From the NCBI RefSeq assembly GCF_009914755.1, contig NC_060944.1: a stretch of 64,000 nucleotides of DNA; one strand, 5' to 3'. This stretch comes from the human T2T-CHM13v2.0 reference genome, Homo sapiens. Numbering within the stretch: position 1 is the stretch's first letter; every line of letters starts with the position of its first letter. Shown here one piece after another: positions 1 to 16,724 of this stretch. The position numbers and the translations under genes are program-made. The notes beneath the pieces are model-generated. The model was not told the origin of the DNA and made no database searches. It was given only the letters and a program-made list of their open reading frames with translations.

Positions 1-87
1 TGATGTACTGACCACAGTCAGTGTAACCCTGGGGTTCCAGGGGGTGTGTGGGTATGTGCAGGTGGTGGTGGTGCTAGGCTAAATGGC

Positions 88-385
88 TTTTTTTTTTTTT
101 TTAAGAGACAGGGCCTCACTCTGTCACCTGCACTGGACTGGAGTGCATTAGTGCAATCATATCTCACTGTGGCCTTGATATCCTGGGCTGTCATGATCCT
201 CCCACCTCAGCCTCCTGAGTAGCTGGAACTACAGGCATGTGCCACCAATCCTGACTAATTGTTATTTTTTTGTAGAGACAGGGTCCCTATGTTGCCCAGG
301 CTTGTCTCAAACTCGTGAGCTCAAGCAATTCCCCTGTCTGCCTCCCACTGTGCTGGGATTATAGGCATGAACCACTATGCCTCTC
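88..385 (-). mobile_element. AluJ-type SINE
   Basis: Poly-T followed by an antisense Alu dimer; flanked by a near-TSD ctaaatggctttt / ctaaatgtctttt. Confidence 0.9.
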
Positions 386-606
386 CTAAATGTCTTTTCA
401 GAAAGTGACTTTCTCACTTGATTTCCTGAAATGTTTGCTTTGAAAGTTTCAGGATATGAAGAGATTTATAGAAAATACCATAATAGTTGTACATCACTGT
501 TTCTTCTGTCATGTTAGGGCTTATCGTACCTGTCAGAGTTTCTCGCACACTTTTTCAAAGGTATGCTTGTGAGAGGGAGTCAAAGCTTGCAATATAGACT
601 GGATGT

Positions 607-892
607 GGCCAGGCATGGTGGTTGGCCAGGTGCAGTGGCTCAGGCCTGTAATCCCAGCACTCTGGGAGGCTGAGGTGGGACAGTCACATTGAGCCTGGGA
701 GTTCGAGACCATTCTGGGCAACATAGTGAGAACCCATCTCTATGAAAAATTTAAAAATTAGCTGGTTATGGTGGTGTATGCCTGTGGTCCCAGGTACTCA
801 GGAGGCTGAGATGGGAGGATTGCTTGAGCCAAGGAGGTTGAGGCTGTAGTGAGCCAGTCATGCCACTTCACTCTACCCTGGACAATACAGTG
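607..892 (+). mobile_element. AluJ-type SINE, 3'-truncated, doubled 5' end
   Basis: ggccaggcatggtggtt then ggccaggtgcagtggctc; two arms; stops at gacaatacagtg with no poly-A. Confidence 0.85.
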
Positions 893-922
893 TTCAGGGG
901 CTTTTAAAAATACTAGCATTGG

Positions 923-1369
<447 letters not shown>

Positions 1370-2292
1370 TTAATGTGATTGCCTTCAAATGTATTTTTTT
1401 TTCAGAAAATAGATACTACTAAATATTTAATTCAGCAACACCAGTTCTGTTTATGGAATATTCATTACACACTTTTACTGAAGTTTTTTATGTTCAATTT
1501 TGTCACTGAAAAATCTTATGCCAGAGTGCTTCACATTGGCTGTACTTTATGTCATTATTCCTTTGTGAGATGAAGCAAAAGGTGATAGAGTGCTCAGAAA
1601 CTCAACTGTGTAATTAGACAAGACCCAAGACACTCCACTGTATTCTCCTGAACTTCCATACTAATAACCTGATCTTCCTAACTATCCTTGACATAGGTTC
1701 TTTTGTTTCACTCATCAGACTTCTCAGGGAAAATACAGTGGCCCACATGTCCTATGAATTGACAATACTTACGTTTTCAATTTCTTGATAGATCATTTTG
1801 TTTATTTGCATATTCCACAAATGTTTATTGAGCCTTTTCTGTGTTGTGTCGGGCTGTACTGGCACTGGGACACAGCCATGAGCTTGCTTGATCTATCATG
1901 AAGCTTCCTTCTAGGACTCAGTTTCCAATAAAGGAGTGATGCAAGCAAAGTGAAATGAAGATTTGAAGACTACATATGGAAAATGGAAATATACCACTTT
2001 TCACATGAAAACGCCCATCTGAAACCTACAGACATCTTAGTCCCCTCTTGAATTATCTGGACAAAATGCCTATGTATTTGTGGATAGAATGTGTAAAGAT
2101 AAAATGACAGCTGACATTTCATGAGGGCTCATTGTATGCTAGGCATTTTATGAACTTTATTTCTTGCAATATTATTCCCATTTCCAGGCGAGCAAGTTAC
2201 CAAGGACACGTAGCTAATGGCGGACTGAGTCTGGTTTTAAGCCAAAGTCTTACTCCAGAGATCTAACACTTCTTGCTACCTTCAACTGCTTC

Positions 2293-2420
2293 TCACTGCT
2301 TAGGTGACAAGTACACCAAAATCTCAGAAATCACCCCTAAAGAGCTTATCCATGTAACCTGAAACAGCTGTGCCCCCAAAACTGTTGAAATACCATAAAA
2401 ATTTGAAACAATAAAAATGA
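2293..2420 (+). mobile_element. L1PB/L1MA-like 3' terminal fragment
   Basis: caccaaaatctcagaaatcacccctaaagagcttatccatgtaacc followed by an A-rich tail. Confidence 0.7.
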
Positions 2421-2436
2421 CAGAAAATGACAGAAT

Positions 2437-2900
2437 ATGTATGTTTGTAGAAGCACAATTCACAATTGCAAAATTGTGGAACCAACGCAAATGTCCATCA
2501 ATCAACGAGTGGATAAAGAAACTGTGTTATATATATGATGGACTCCTACTCAGCCATAAAATGGAATTAATTAACAGCATTTGAGGTGGACCTGGATGAG
2601 ATTGGAGACTGGTATTCTAAGTGAAGTAACTCAGGAATGGAAAACCAAACATCGTAGGTTCTCATATGCCTAAGTTATGAGGCTGCAAAGACATAAGAAT
2701 CACACAATGGACTTGGGGACTTGGGGGGAAGAATGGGAGAGGGCCGAAGGATAAACCACTACAAATATGGTACAGTTTGTACTGCTCAGGTGATGGGTGC
2801 ACCACAATCTCACAAATCACCACTCAAGAACTTATGTAATCAAATACCACCTGCACTCCAATAACTTATGGAAAAATAAAATAATAAAAATTTAAAAAAA
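2437..2900 (+). mobile_element. L1PB-like 3' end, 5'-truncated
   Basis: ORF2 tail and 3'UTR motifs (aaatgtccatcaatcaacgagtggataaagaa ... ccaataacttatggaaaaataaa). Confidence 0.85.
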
Positions 2901-3107
2901 TCAAGAATCAAAACAGGTTTGATTTTTCCTCATACTGATTGTTTCCTGGAAAGATGCATGTGTGTCACAGAAAGTAAAGGACAACCTAAGCCAGTGACCC
3001 TCAAACTCATGAATGCCAGTGTTTCACTGACCATATTAGAACCACTAGTGTGGTTCTCAGGGTGGTGAACAAAAAAATAGCGACGATGTACATGCATACA
3101 GCCACAG

Positions 3108-3110
<3 letters not shown>

Positions 3111-3154
<44 letters not shown>
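3111..3154. repeat. (CA)22 microsatellite
   Basis: Uninterrupted CA run. Confidence 0.98.
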
Positions 3155-3157
<3 letters not shown>

Positions 3158-4589
3158 ACCCCATACATCACATCCTGGATTCCACTCAAGATATTTTGTT
3201 TCAGTGCTTCTAAAGTGAAACCTAGGACTATCTATTTTTAGTAAGCTCAATAGGTTACTCTGTTGTACTTTTGGATCTAGACATTTAATCTATTTTATCT
3301 TACTCTCCACAGGTTGATTTTTGCCTTTCCATTTTCTCTTTGTGGACTTATTTTTTTCCTTCTATTACTGGGTTTTGTTTTTTGACATCATCATCTCAGG
3401 GAATGAGACTACACCAATACCCTCTGCCATGTGTGGTCAGATTATTTCTTTATAATTTATTTTTCAAGTTACCTATTTCATGTGGATTGGAGACACTGCC
3501 TCTGATGTTCCGCTTATTTACAGCAATAATTTTGCTCTCTCAGACTTTTACCAGTGAGTTGATTCTAAAAATCAACGCTTGACATATTCACCAGAAAATT
3601 TCTATAATTATATTCTGAAGTGGTCCAGAATCTAACAGTCTAAATACTTTTGAAAAACAAAGGTTGGTATATATTGGTAAGTGGTTTTTGGAAAATCGAA
3701 TTGGGACTTTTGCAAGTAATGACTTGTGTAATCATAGGTAGACATTATTCAGACTTCTATTACCACACATTGGCCTGGGCTTTTTTTTTTCCCCTCTATT
3801 AAGCAAAACAAAATGTTGTAATCAGGCAGTGCTTTCGATGGAAATAACTGACATTACAGGGTCTTCACTTGAATCTTCAGAATTGTCATCCCAAAGACAA
3901 AATGATAACCTCTTTCAAAAACTAGCTGTCGGGAGCAAGATGGTCAAATAGAAGCCTCCACTGATTATCCTCTCCATAAGATCACCAAATTTAACAACTA
4001 CCTACATAGAAAAGCACCTTCATAAAAAACAAAAATCAGGCGAGTGATCACAGTACCTGGTTTTAACTCTGCATCGCTGAAAGAGGCACTAAAGAGGGTA
4101 GGAAAGACAAGTCTTAAAAGCTGATGTCACCAGTTTCCCCCACCCCTCAGCAGCAGCTGCATGGCATGGAGAATCTGTGTGCATAGAGGAGAGAGAGCAC
4201 AGTGATTGTGAAACTTAGCATTGGAAATCAGGACTGCCCTGTAACAACGGAAAGCAGCACTGGGTAGAACTCAGCCAACATCAATGGAGAGAAGATTTAG
4301 ACCAGCCCTAGCCAGGGAAGAACTGCCCATCACGGAAGTCAGAATTTGAGTTCAGGTAAGCCTTGCCACTGTGGGCTAAAGTGGCCTTGGATCCTAAATA
4401 AACTTGACAGGCAGTCTAGGCCACAAGGGCTGTAATTCCTGGGCGAGTCGTGGTGCTGTGTTGGGCTTGGAGCCAATGGACTGACAGGGTGTGCAACCCA
4501 GTTAGGACACCAGCTAGGGTGGCCACGGGAGTGCTTTCACCACTTCTCCCCCAACCCCAGACAGCACAGTTCATAGTTCTAGGAGAATC

Positions 4590-5600
4590 CTTTCTTCCGT
4601 TTGAGGAGAGGAGAGGGAAGAGTGAAGAGGACTTTGTCTTGCGATTTGAATGTTGGCTTAGCCACAGTGGGATAGGGCACCAGGCAGAGTCATGAGTCTC
4701 CCATTCCAGGTGCTAGCTCCCTCTTGACATCTCCAGACACACCCTGGGCCAGAAGGGAACCTGTTGTCTTGAAGGGAATGACCCAGTTCTGGCAGGATTC
4801 ATCACCTGCTGACTGAAGAGCCCTTGGGCCCTGAATAATCAGCAGTGGTGGCCGGGTAGTTCACACCGTAGGCCTCGGGTGAGCCTCGGAGAAGTGCTGG
4901 CTTCTGGTGAGATCTAGCACATTACTAGCTTTGGTGACTATTGGGAGAATCTCCTTCTGCTTGAGAAAAGGAGAGGGAAGTGTAAAAGGGACTTTATCTT
5001 GCAGTTGAGGTACCAGTTCGGCCACAGTGGGGTAGAGCACCAAGCTGGCTCTTGGGGTCTCTGCTTCCAGGCCTTGGCTCTTGGACAGCATTTCTGGACC
5101 TGCCCTAGGTCAGAGGGGAGCCCACTGTCCTGAAGGGTAAGACCCAGGACTGGCATCATTCACCACCAGCTGACAGAAGAGCCCTTGGGCTTTGAGTGAA
5201 CGTGAGTGGTAGTCAGGCAGTACTTGCCATGGGCCTGGGGTGGGAGTGGCCATGGGGAGATACTCCTTAGCCTGTGGAAAGGGAAAGGAAGAGTGGGAAG
5301 GGCCTTGTCTTGCAGCTTGGGTGCCAATTCAGACGCAGTAGAATAAAGTACAGGTAGATTCCTTAGGTTTCTGACTCCAGGCCCTGGCTCCTGGACTGTA
5401 TCTCTATACCTGCCTGGGACTGGTGGAAACTCTTTGCCCTAAAGAGAAGGACACAGCCTGTCTGGGTTCACCATCTGCTGATTGTAGAGTCCCAGGGCCT
5501 TGAACAAACATACATGGTAGCCAGGCAGTTGTTCCTGCAGGCCTTGGGTGATACCCAGTGCTGTATTAACTTCAGGTCTGACCCAGGTCTGTACTAACTT
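4590..5600 (+). repeat. Three diverged ~310-360 bp tandem monomers in the L1MA 5' UTR
   Basis: Anchor gggaa...ggactttgtcttgc recurs near 4610, 4970 and 5285; anchor ttcaccacc.gctgac.gaagagcccttgggc recurs near 4798, 5159 and 5467. Confidence 0.75.
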
Positions 5601-7188
5601 CAGGTGAATCCCAGTGGCGGTGGCCACAGGAGCACTTTTGTCACCCCTCCCCCAGTTCCAAGCAGCTCAGCACAGAGAAAGAGACCCCATTTGTTTGGGA
5701 GAAAGTAAAAGAAGAAAACTAGTCTCTGCCTGGTAATACAGAAATTTCTCGTGGATCTTATCTAAGATCAGCAAGGTGGTACCTCTATGAGTCTGCAAGA
5801 GCCACAGAATACTGGGATTGGAGTGACTCTAATACAGATATGGCTGCGATGACAAAAAGCTTAGATCAAAACACCCGAATTCTCTTAAATACCTGGAAAG
5901 TCTTCCCGAGAAGGACACGTACAAACAAGCCCAGACTACAAAGACTAGGATAAATATATAACTCTTCAATGTCCAGATACATACAAACATCCACAAGCAC
6001 CAAAACCTTTCAGGAAAAAGTGACCTCCCCAAATGAACCAAATAAGGCACCAGAGACAAATCCTGGAAAGAAAGAGACACGCACCCTTTCATACAGAATT
6101 CAAACTAGCTGCCTTGGGGAAACCCAATGAAATTCAAGATAACTCAGAGTAGGAATTCAGAATCCTATTAGATAAAGTTAACAAAGAGATTGAAATAATT
6201 AAAAATAATCAAGCAGAAATTCTGGAGTTAAAAAATACACTAGTTATACTGAAGAAAGCATCAGAGTCTATTAGCGGCAGGATTGATCAGGCAAAGGAAA
6301 GAATTAGTGAGCTTGAAGACAGGCTATTTGAATAAACATGGTCAGAGGGACAAAAGAAAAAAAGAGTAAAGAAGAATGGAGCACACCTATGAGATCTAGA
6401 AAACAATGCCCAAAAAGCAAATCTAAGAATTATTGGCCTTAAAGAGGAGGTACAGAGAAATATAGAGGTAGAAAGTTTATTCAAAGGAATAATAACCAAG
6501 AAATTCCCAAATCTAGAGAAAGATATCAATATGGAAATACAAGAGAGTTATAGAACACTAAGCAGATTTAACCCAAATAAGACTACCTCAAGGCATTTAA
6601 TAATCAAATTCCCAAAGATCATAGATAAAGAATGGATCCTAAAAGCAGCAAGAGAAAAGAAACAAATAACATAAAATGGAGGCTCAATATGTTTGGCAGC
6701 AGACTTTTCAGTGGAAACCTTACAGGCCAGTAGAGAGTGCCATAACATATTTGAAGTGCTGAAGGAAAAAACGTTTACCCTAGAATAGTATATCCAGTGA
6801 AAATAACTTTCAAACATGAAAGAGAAATAAAGGTTTCCTCAGGCAAACACAAGCTGAGGGATTTCATCAGCACCAGACCTGTCCTAGAGGAAATGATACC
6901 AGGAGTTCTTCAGTTTGAAAGAAAAGGATATTAAGGAGCAATAAAAAAAGCATCTGAAGTTACAAAACTCACTGGTAATACTAGGTACATAGAAAAACAC
7001 AGAATATTATAACACTGTAATTGTGGTGTATAAACTACTCATACCTTGAGTAGAAAGACTGAAAGATGAACTGATAAAAAATAATAAGAACAACTTTTCA
7101 AGACACAGACAATACAATAAAATATAAGTATCATTAGAATCAATAAGAAGTTAAAAAGTTGGGTGATGAAGTGTAGTGTTTTCATTAG

Positions 7189-10365
<3,177 letters not shown>

Positions 10366-11916
10366 AACAGTGGGTTATGAGATAATATCTACAAACCTCA
10401 TGGTAATCTCAAATCAAAAGAACATACAGCAAGTACACAAAAAATAAAAACCAAAAAGTTGAAACATACCAGCAGAGAAAATCACTTTCACTAAAATTAA
10501 GACAAGAAGCAATGAAAGAAGATAGTACCAGAAAACAAATCATAATATGTCAGGAGTAAGTCCTTACTCATCATTAATAACATTGAATGTAAATGGACTA
10601 AACACTCCAATCAAAAGACATTGGGAGAGGCTGAATGAATTAAAAAACAAGACCCCATTGTCCATTGCCTAGAAGAAACATACTTCACCTATAAAGATAC
10701 AAATAGACTGAACATAAAGAGATAGAAAAAGATATTCCGTGCAAATGAAAACCAAAAAAGAGGAGGAATAGCTGTAGTTAATTCAGGCAAAATAGATTTC
10801 AAGACAAAAACTATAAAAAGATATAAAGAAGGTCACTATATAATAACAAGAAGGTCAATTCAGCAAGAAGATATAACAGTTGTAAATATATATGCACCCA
10901 ACACTAAAGCACCAAGATATACAAAGCAAATATTATTAGAGCTATTATAAAAGAGATAGACCCCAGTAGAATAATAGCTGGACACTTTAATATCCTACTT
11001 GCACCATTGGACAGATTATTCAGACAGAAAATCAATTTTAAAAAATCATATTTAACCTGCACTATAGACCAAATGGACCTAATAGATATTTATGGAACAT
11101 TTTATCTAATGGCTGCAGAATACACACTCTTTTCCTCAGCACATAGATCATTCTCAAGGATAGAACATATGTTAGGTCACAAAACAAGTCTTAAAAAATT
11201 CAGAGAAAATAAAATTATATCAAGTACCTTCTCTGACCATAATGAGATAAAACTACACATAAAAAGAGGAAATTTTGGAATTATACAAACACATGGAAAT
11301 TAAACAATGTGCTTCTGAAAGACCAGTGGGCCAATAAAGAAAATTTTAAAATTTTAAAAGAAGAAATTTTAAAATTCTTGAAACAAATGATAATGGAAAC
11401 ATGACACACCACAACCTATGGGATACACTGAAAGCAGTACTAAGAGGAAAGTTTATAGCTATAAGCACCTACATCGAAAAAGTAGAAAAACCTCAAATAC
11501 TCAAATAACCTAATTATTCACTTATAAGAATGAGGAAAGCAAGAAGAAAGAAACCCAAAATTAGTAGAGAAAAAGAAATAATAAAGATTAGAGCAGAAGG
11601 AAATGAAATCGAAACAAAGAAAACAACATAAAAGATCAAGGAAAGAAAAAGTTGAAATTTTGAAATGATAAATAAAATGGAAAAACCTTTAGCCAAACTA
11701 AGAATAAAAGAGAAATGACCAAAATAAATAAAATCAGAGGTACAAAAGGAGACATTACAACAGCAAAATTTCCGAGGATCTTTAGAGGCTACTATGAACA
11801 ATTATATGCCAATAAATTGAAAAAATCTAGAGGAAATGGGTACATTCCCAGACACTTAAAATCTACCAAGATTGAACCATGAAAAAATCTAAAATCTGAA
11901 AAGACCAATAACAGTT

Positions 11917-12812
11917 ATGTTAGCTGGTTATTTTGCTCGTTAGTTGATGCAGTTTCTTCCTAGCCTTGATGGTCTTTACAATTTGGCATGTTTTTGCAGT
12001 GGCTGGTACCGGTTTTTCCTTTCCATGTTTAGTGCTTCCTTCAGGAGCTCTTTTAGGCTGGCCTGGTGGTGACAAAATCTCTCAGCATTTGCTTGTCTGT
12101 AAAGGATTTTATTTCCCCTTCACTTATGAAGCTTAGTTTGGCTGGATGTGAAATTCTGGGTTGAAAATTCTTTTCTTTAAGAATGTCGAATATTGGCCCC
12201 CACTCTCTTCTGGCTTGTAGAGTTTCTGCCGAGAGATCAGCTGTTATTCTGATGGGCTTCCCTTTGTGGGTAACCCGACCTTTCTCTCCGGCTGCTCTTA
12301 ACGTTTTTTCCTTCATTTCAACTTTGGTGAATCTGACAATTATGTGTCTCGGAGTTGCTCTTCTTGAGGAGTATCTTTGTGGAGTTCTCTGTATTTCCTG
12401 AATTTGAATGTTGGCCTGCCTTGCTAGATTGGGGAAGTTCTCCTGGATAATATCCTGCAGAGTGTTTTCCAACTTGGTTCCATTCTCCCTGTCACTTTCA
12501 GGTGCACCAATCAGATGTAGATTTGATCTTTTCACATAGTTCCATATTTCTTGGAGGCTTTGTTTGTTTGTTTTTTTTTATTCTTTTTTCTCTAAACTTC
12601 TCTTCTTGCTTCATTTCATTCATTTCATCTTCCATCACTGATACCCTTTCTTCCAGTTGATCGCATCGGCTACTGAGGCTTGTGCGTTCGTCACGTAGTT
12701 CTCGTGCCATGGTTTTCAGCTCCATCAGGTCCTTTAAGGACTTCTCTGCATTAGTTATTCTAGTTAGCCATTCGTGTAATTTTTTTTCAAGGTTTTTAAC
12801 TTCTTTGCCATT
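11917..12812 (-). pseudogene. Inverted L1PA segment: ORF1p coiled-coil/RRM/CTD plus inter-ORF spacer
   Basis: ORFs 12498..12878 and 12053..12535 translate to ORF1p (LENTLQDIIQENFPNLARQ, ARREWGPIF); frameshifted near 12570. Confidence 0.93.
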
Positions 12813-13624
12813 ACAGACACTTCTCAAAAGAAGACATTTATGCAGCCAAAAAACACATGAAAAAATGCTCATCATCACTGGCCATCAGAGAAATGCAAAT
12901 CAAAACCACAATGAGATACCATCTCACACCAGTTAGAATGGTGATCATTAAAAAGTCAGGAAACAACAGGTGCTGGAGATGATGTGGAGAAATAGGAACA
13001 CTTTTACACTGTTGGTGGGACTGTAAACAATTTCAACCATTGTAGAAGTCAGTGTGGCGATTCCTCAGGGATCTAGAACTAGAAATACCATTTGACCCAG
13101 CCATCCCATTACTGGGTATATACCTAAAGGATAAATCATGCTGCTATAAAGACACATGAACATGTATGTTGATTGCGGCACTATTCACAATAGCAAAGAC
13201 TTAGAACCAACCCAAATGTCCAACAATGATAGACTGGATTAAGAAAATGTGGCACGTATACACCATGGCATACTATGCAGCCATAAAAAGAAATGAGATC
13301 ATGTCCTTTGTAGGGACATGGATGAAGCTGGAAACTATCATTCTCAGCAAACTATCGCAAGGACAGAAAACCAAACACCGCATGTTCTCACTCATAGGTG
13401 GGAACTGAACAATGAGAACACATGGACACAAGAAGGGGAACAGCACACACCGGGGACTGTGGTGGAGTTGGGGTACGGGGGAGGGATAGCATTAGGAGAT
13501 ATACCTAATGTTAAATGACGAGTTAATGGGTGCAGCACACCAGCATGGCACATGTATACATATGTAACAAACCTGCACGATGTGTACATGTACCCTAAAA
13601 CTTAAAGTATAATAATAATAAAAA
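12813..13624 (+). mobile_element. Sense 3' part of the same L1PA (PA4-like) insertion
   Basis: acagacacttctcaaaagaagac through the 3'UTR to ccctaaaacttaaagtataataataat; imperfect TSD aacagttatg / aacaagtaatg brackets 11917-13624. Confidence 0.92.
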
Positions 13625-16057
13625 AACAAGTAATGAGATCAAAGCCATAATAAAAAGTCTCTGAACAAAGAAAAGCCCAGGGCCTTAGGGGTTCACTGCT
13701 AAATTTTACCAGATATTTAAAGTACACCTAATACCAATCCTGTTCAAAGGATTCACAAAAATAGAGGTGCAAATACTTCCAAACTCATTCTGTGAAGCCA
13801 GTATTACCCTGATACAAAAACCAGAAAAAGTCTCATCTAAAAAAGAAAACTTCAGACCAATATTTTTGAGGAACATTGATGCAAAAACCTTCAAGATATT
13901 AGCAAATTGAATCCAATAACACATTAAAAAGTCCTTCATCATGAGCAAGTAAGATTTATCCCAGGAATGCAAGGATGGTTGAACATATACAAATCAATCA
14001 GTGTGATACATCATATCAACAGAAAGAAAAACAAAAACCATATAATCATTTCAATTGATAATAAAAAAATAGATAAAATTCAACATCCGTTCATGGTAAA
14101 AACCCTCAAATATTGGGTACAGAAGGAACATACCTCAACACAATAAAAGCCATTTATGACAGACCCATCAAAACACTGATGACTTTCTTCACCAAAATAG
14201 AAAAAATAAAAATCCTAAAGTTTTTATGGAACTTCAAAAGACCCGGAATAGCCAAAGCTATCTTGAGCAAAAAGAAAACTGGAGAAATCCCAATACCTGA
14301 CCACCCATATGCTACAGGGATATAGTAACCGAAACAGCATGGTACTGACTTAAAACCAGACACATAGATTAATGGAACAGAATAGAGATCCCAGAAAGAA
14401 ATCCATACATCTACATTAAACTCATTTTTGACAAAGGTGTCAAGAACATACATTTGGGATGTATGTATGTTTTCAATAAACAGTGCTGGGAAAACTAAAT
14501 ATTCATATGCAGAAGAATTAAACTAGACCCCCTACCTCTCACAATATACAAAAATCAAATCAAAATGGATTAAAGACTTAAATCTAATACCTCAAACTAT
14601 GAAACTACTTAAAGAAAACATTGGGGAAACTCTTCAGTACATTGGTCTGGGAAAATATTTCTTTAAAAATACCTCACAAACACAGACAACCAAAGCAAAA
14701 ATGGACAAATGGGATAACATAAAGTTAAAAAGCTTCCACATGGCAAAGGATGCAATCAACACAGTTAGGAGACTACCCACAGAATGGGAGAAAACATTTG
14801 CAAACTATCCATTTGACAACGGATTAATAACCAGAGTACATAAGGAGCTCAAACAACTCTGTAGGAAAAAATTCTCAAAATCTGAGTAAAAAATGGGCAA
14901 AAGAGCTGAGTAAACATTTCTCAATAGAAGACATACAAATGGCAAACAGGTATATGAAAAGGTGCTCAACAATCATTGATTATCAGAGAAATGCAAATCA
15001 AAACTACAATGAGATATCATCTCATCCCAGTAAATACAGCTTTCATCCAAAAGACAGGCAATAACGAATGCTGATGAGGATGAGAAGAAATGGGAACCCT
15101 TTTTGGTGGGAATGTAAATTAGTACAACTACTAAGGAGAACTGTTTGGAGTTTTCTCAAAAAACTGAAAATTAAACTACTATATGATTCAGCAATGCTGC
15201 TGCTAGGTATATGCCCCAAAGAAAGGAAGTCAGTATTTTGAAGAGTTATCTGTATGCCCATGTTCATTGCATGTTAATTCCATGTTAATTGCAGCACTGT
15301 TCATGATAGCCAAGATTTCGAATCAATCTAAGTGTCCATCAACGGAAGAATGGATAAAGAAAATGGGGTACATATACACAATGGAGTACTATTCAACAAA
15401 AAGAATGAGATTCTGTCATTTGCAACAACATGGATGGAACTGAGGTTCATTATGCTAAATGGAATGAGCTAGGCACAGAAAGACAAACATCACATGTTCT
15501 TGCTTATTCGTGGGAGCTCAACGTTAAAACAATTGAACTCATAGAGATAGGAAGTAGAATGATGGTAACCAGAGGCTGAGAAGGGGAGTTGGTTTGGGGT
15601 GGAAGGAGAAATGGTTAATAAGCACAAAAATATGGTTAGATAGAGTGAATAAGATCTAGTATTTGACAGCACAAAGGGTGACTACAATTAAAAATAATTT
15701 ATTTTACATTTAAAAATAAATAGTATAATTAGCTAGTTTGTAACACGGAGGATAAATGCTTGGGTGAAAAATACCCTCATTTTCTCTGATGTGATTTTTA
15801 TGCATTGCATGCCTGCATCAAAATATCTCATGCACTCCATAAATATATACACCTACTATGTACCCACAATATATTTTTTAAAAAAACTGATCAAACCAGT
15901 GAGAAAATAAGAAAGAACTCAGAAAAACTGTGGTCTTTCTTCCTACATTTCATGAAATGCTAAGCGAACAAAATGAAAATATTTTAGAAATAGCTAATAT
16001 GTATTTTCTAATACAATGAACTTCTTATTTATTTATTTGCTTTTATTATACAGTTTA

Positions 16058-16364
16058 CTTTTATTTTGTTTTTATTTTTTGAGACAGGGTGTTAATCTGT
16101 CAACCTGGCTGGAGTGCAGTGGTGTGATCTTGGCTCACGGCACCCTCCTCTTCACAGGTTCAAGCGATTCTCTTGCCTCAGCCTCTTGAGTAGCTGGGAC
16201 CACAGACATGCGCCAATACACCTGCCTAATTTTTGTATTTTTTATAGAGATGGGGGTTTAGCCATGTTGCTCAGGCTGGTCTCAAACTCCTGAGCGCAAA
16301 GCAACCTGCCCACCTTGGCTTCCCAGAGTGCTGGTATTACAGGAGTGAGCTACTGCACCTGGCC
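16058..16364 (-). mobile_element. AluJ-type SINE
   Basis: Antisense dimer ending cctggcc. Confidence 0.88.
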
Positions 16365-16371
16365 TATTTTT

Positions 16372-16408
<37 letters not shown>

Positions 16409-16718
16409 TTCATTTATTCATTCATTTTTTTAGACAGGTCTAGCTCTGTTGCCCAGGCTGGAGTGCAGTGGTACAAACATGGCTCACTGCAGTCTCAACC
16501 TTCTAGGCTCAAGTCATCCTCCTGTCTCAGCCTCCAGTGTAGCTGAGACCACAGGCACCCACCACATCATTCCTGACTAATTTTTTTATTTCTATTTTTG
16601 TAGACATAGAGTCTCACTTTGTTGCCCAGGCTGGTCTCAAACTCCTGGGCTCAAGTAATCCTCCTGTCTCAGCCTCCCAAAGTGTTGGGATTAGAGGAAT
16701 GAACCACTGCACCCAGCC
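16365..16718 (-). mobile_element. AluJ-type SINE with (TTTA)n tail
   Basis: (ttta)n/(ttca)n at 16375-16425, then an antisense Alu. Confidence 0.88.
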
Positions 16719-16724
16719 TAATAC

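Noticed and set aside
2930-3250. ORFs with CV/TH dipeptide runs (also 61092-61578)
   Set aside because: Translations of CA/TG/TA microsatellites.
3046-3270. Possible MER5-like element around the CA repeat
   Set aside because: Resemblance too weak to call by eye.
11917-12812. Pairing of the inverted ORF1 with the host L1MA ORF1 as long dsRNA
   Set aside because: The two ORF1 sequences look too diverged for extended pairing.
15267-15292. Short tandem duplication of catgttaatt within the L1MA
   Set aside because: Routine slippage event in a dead repeat.
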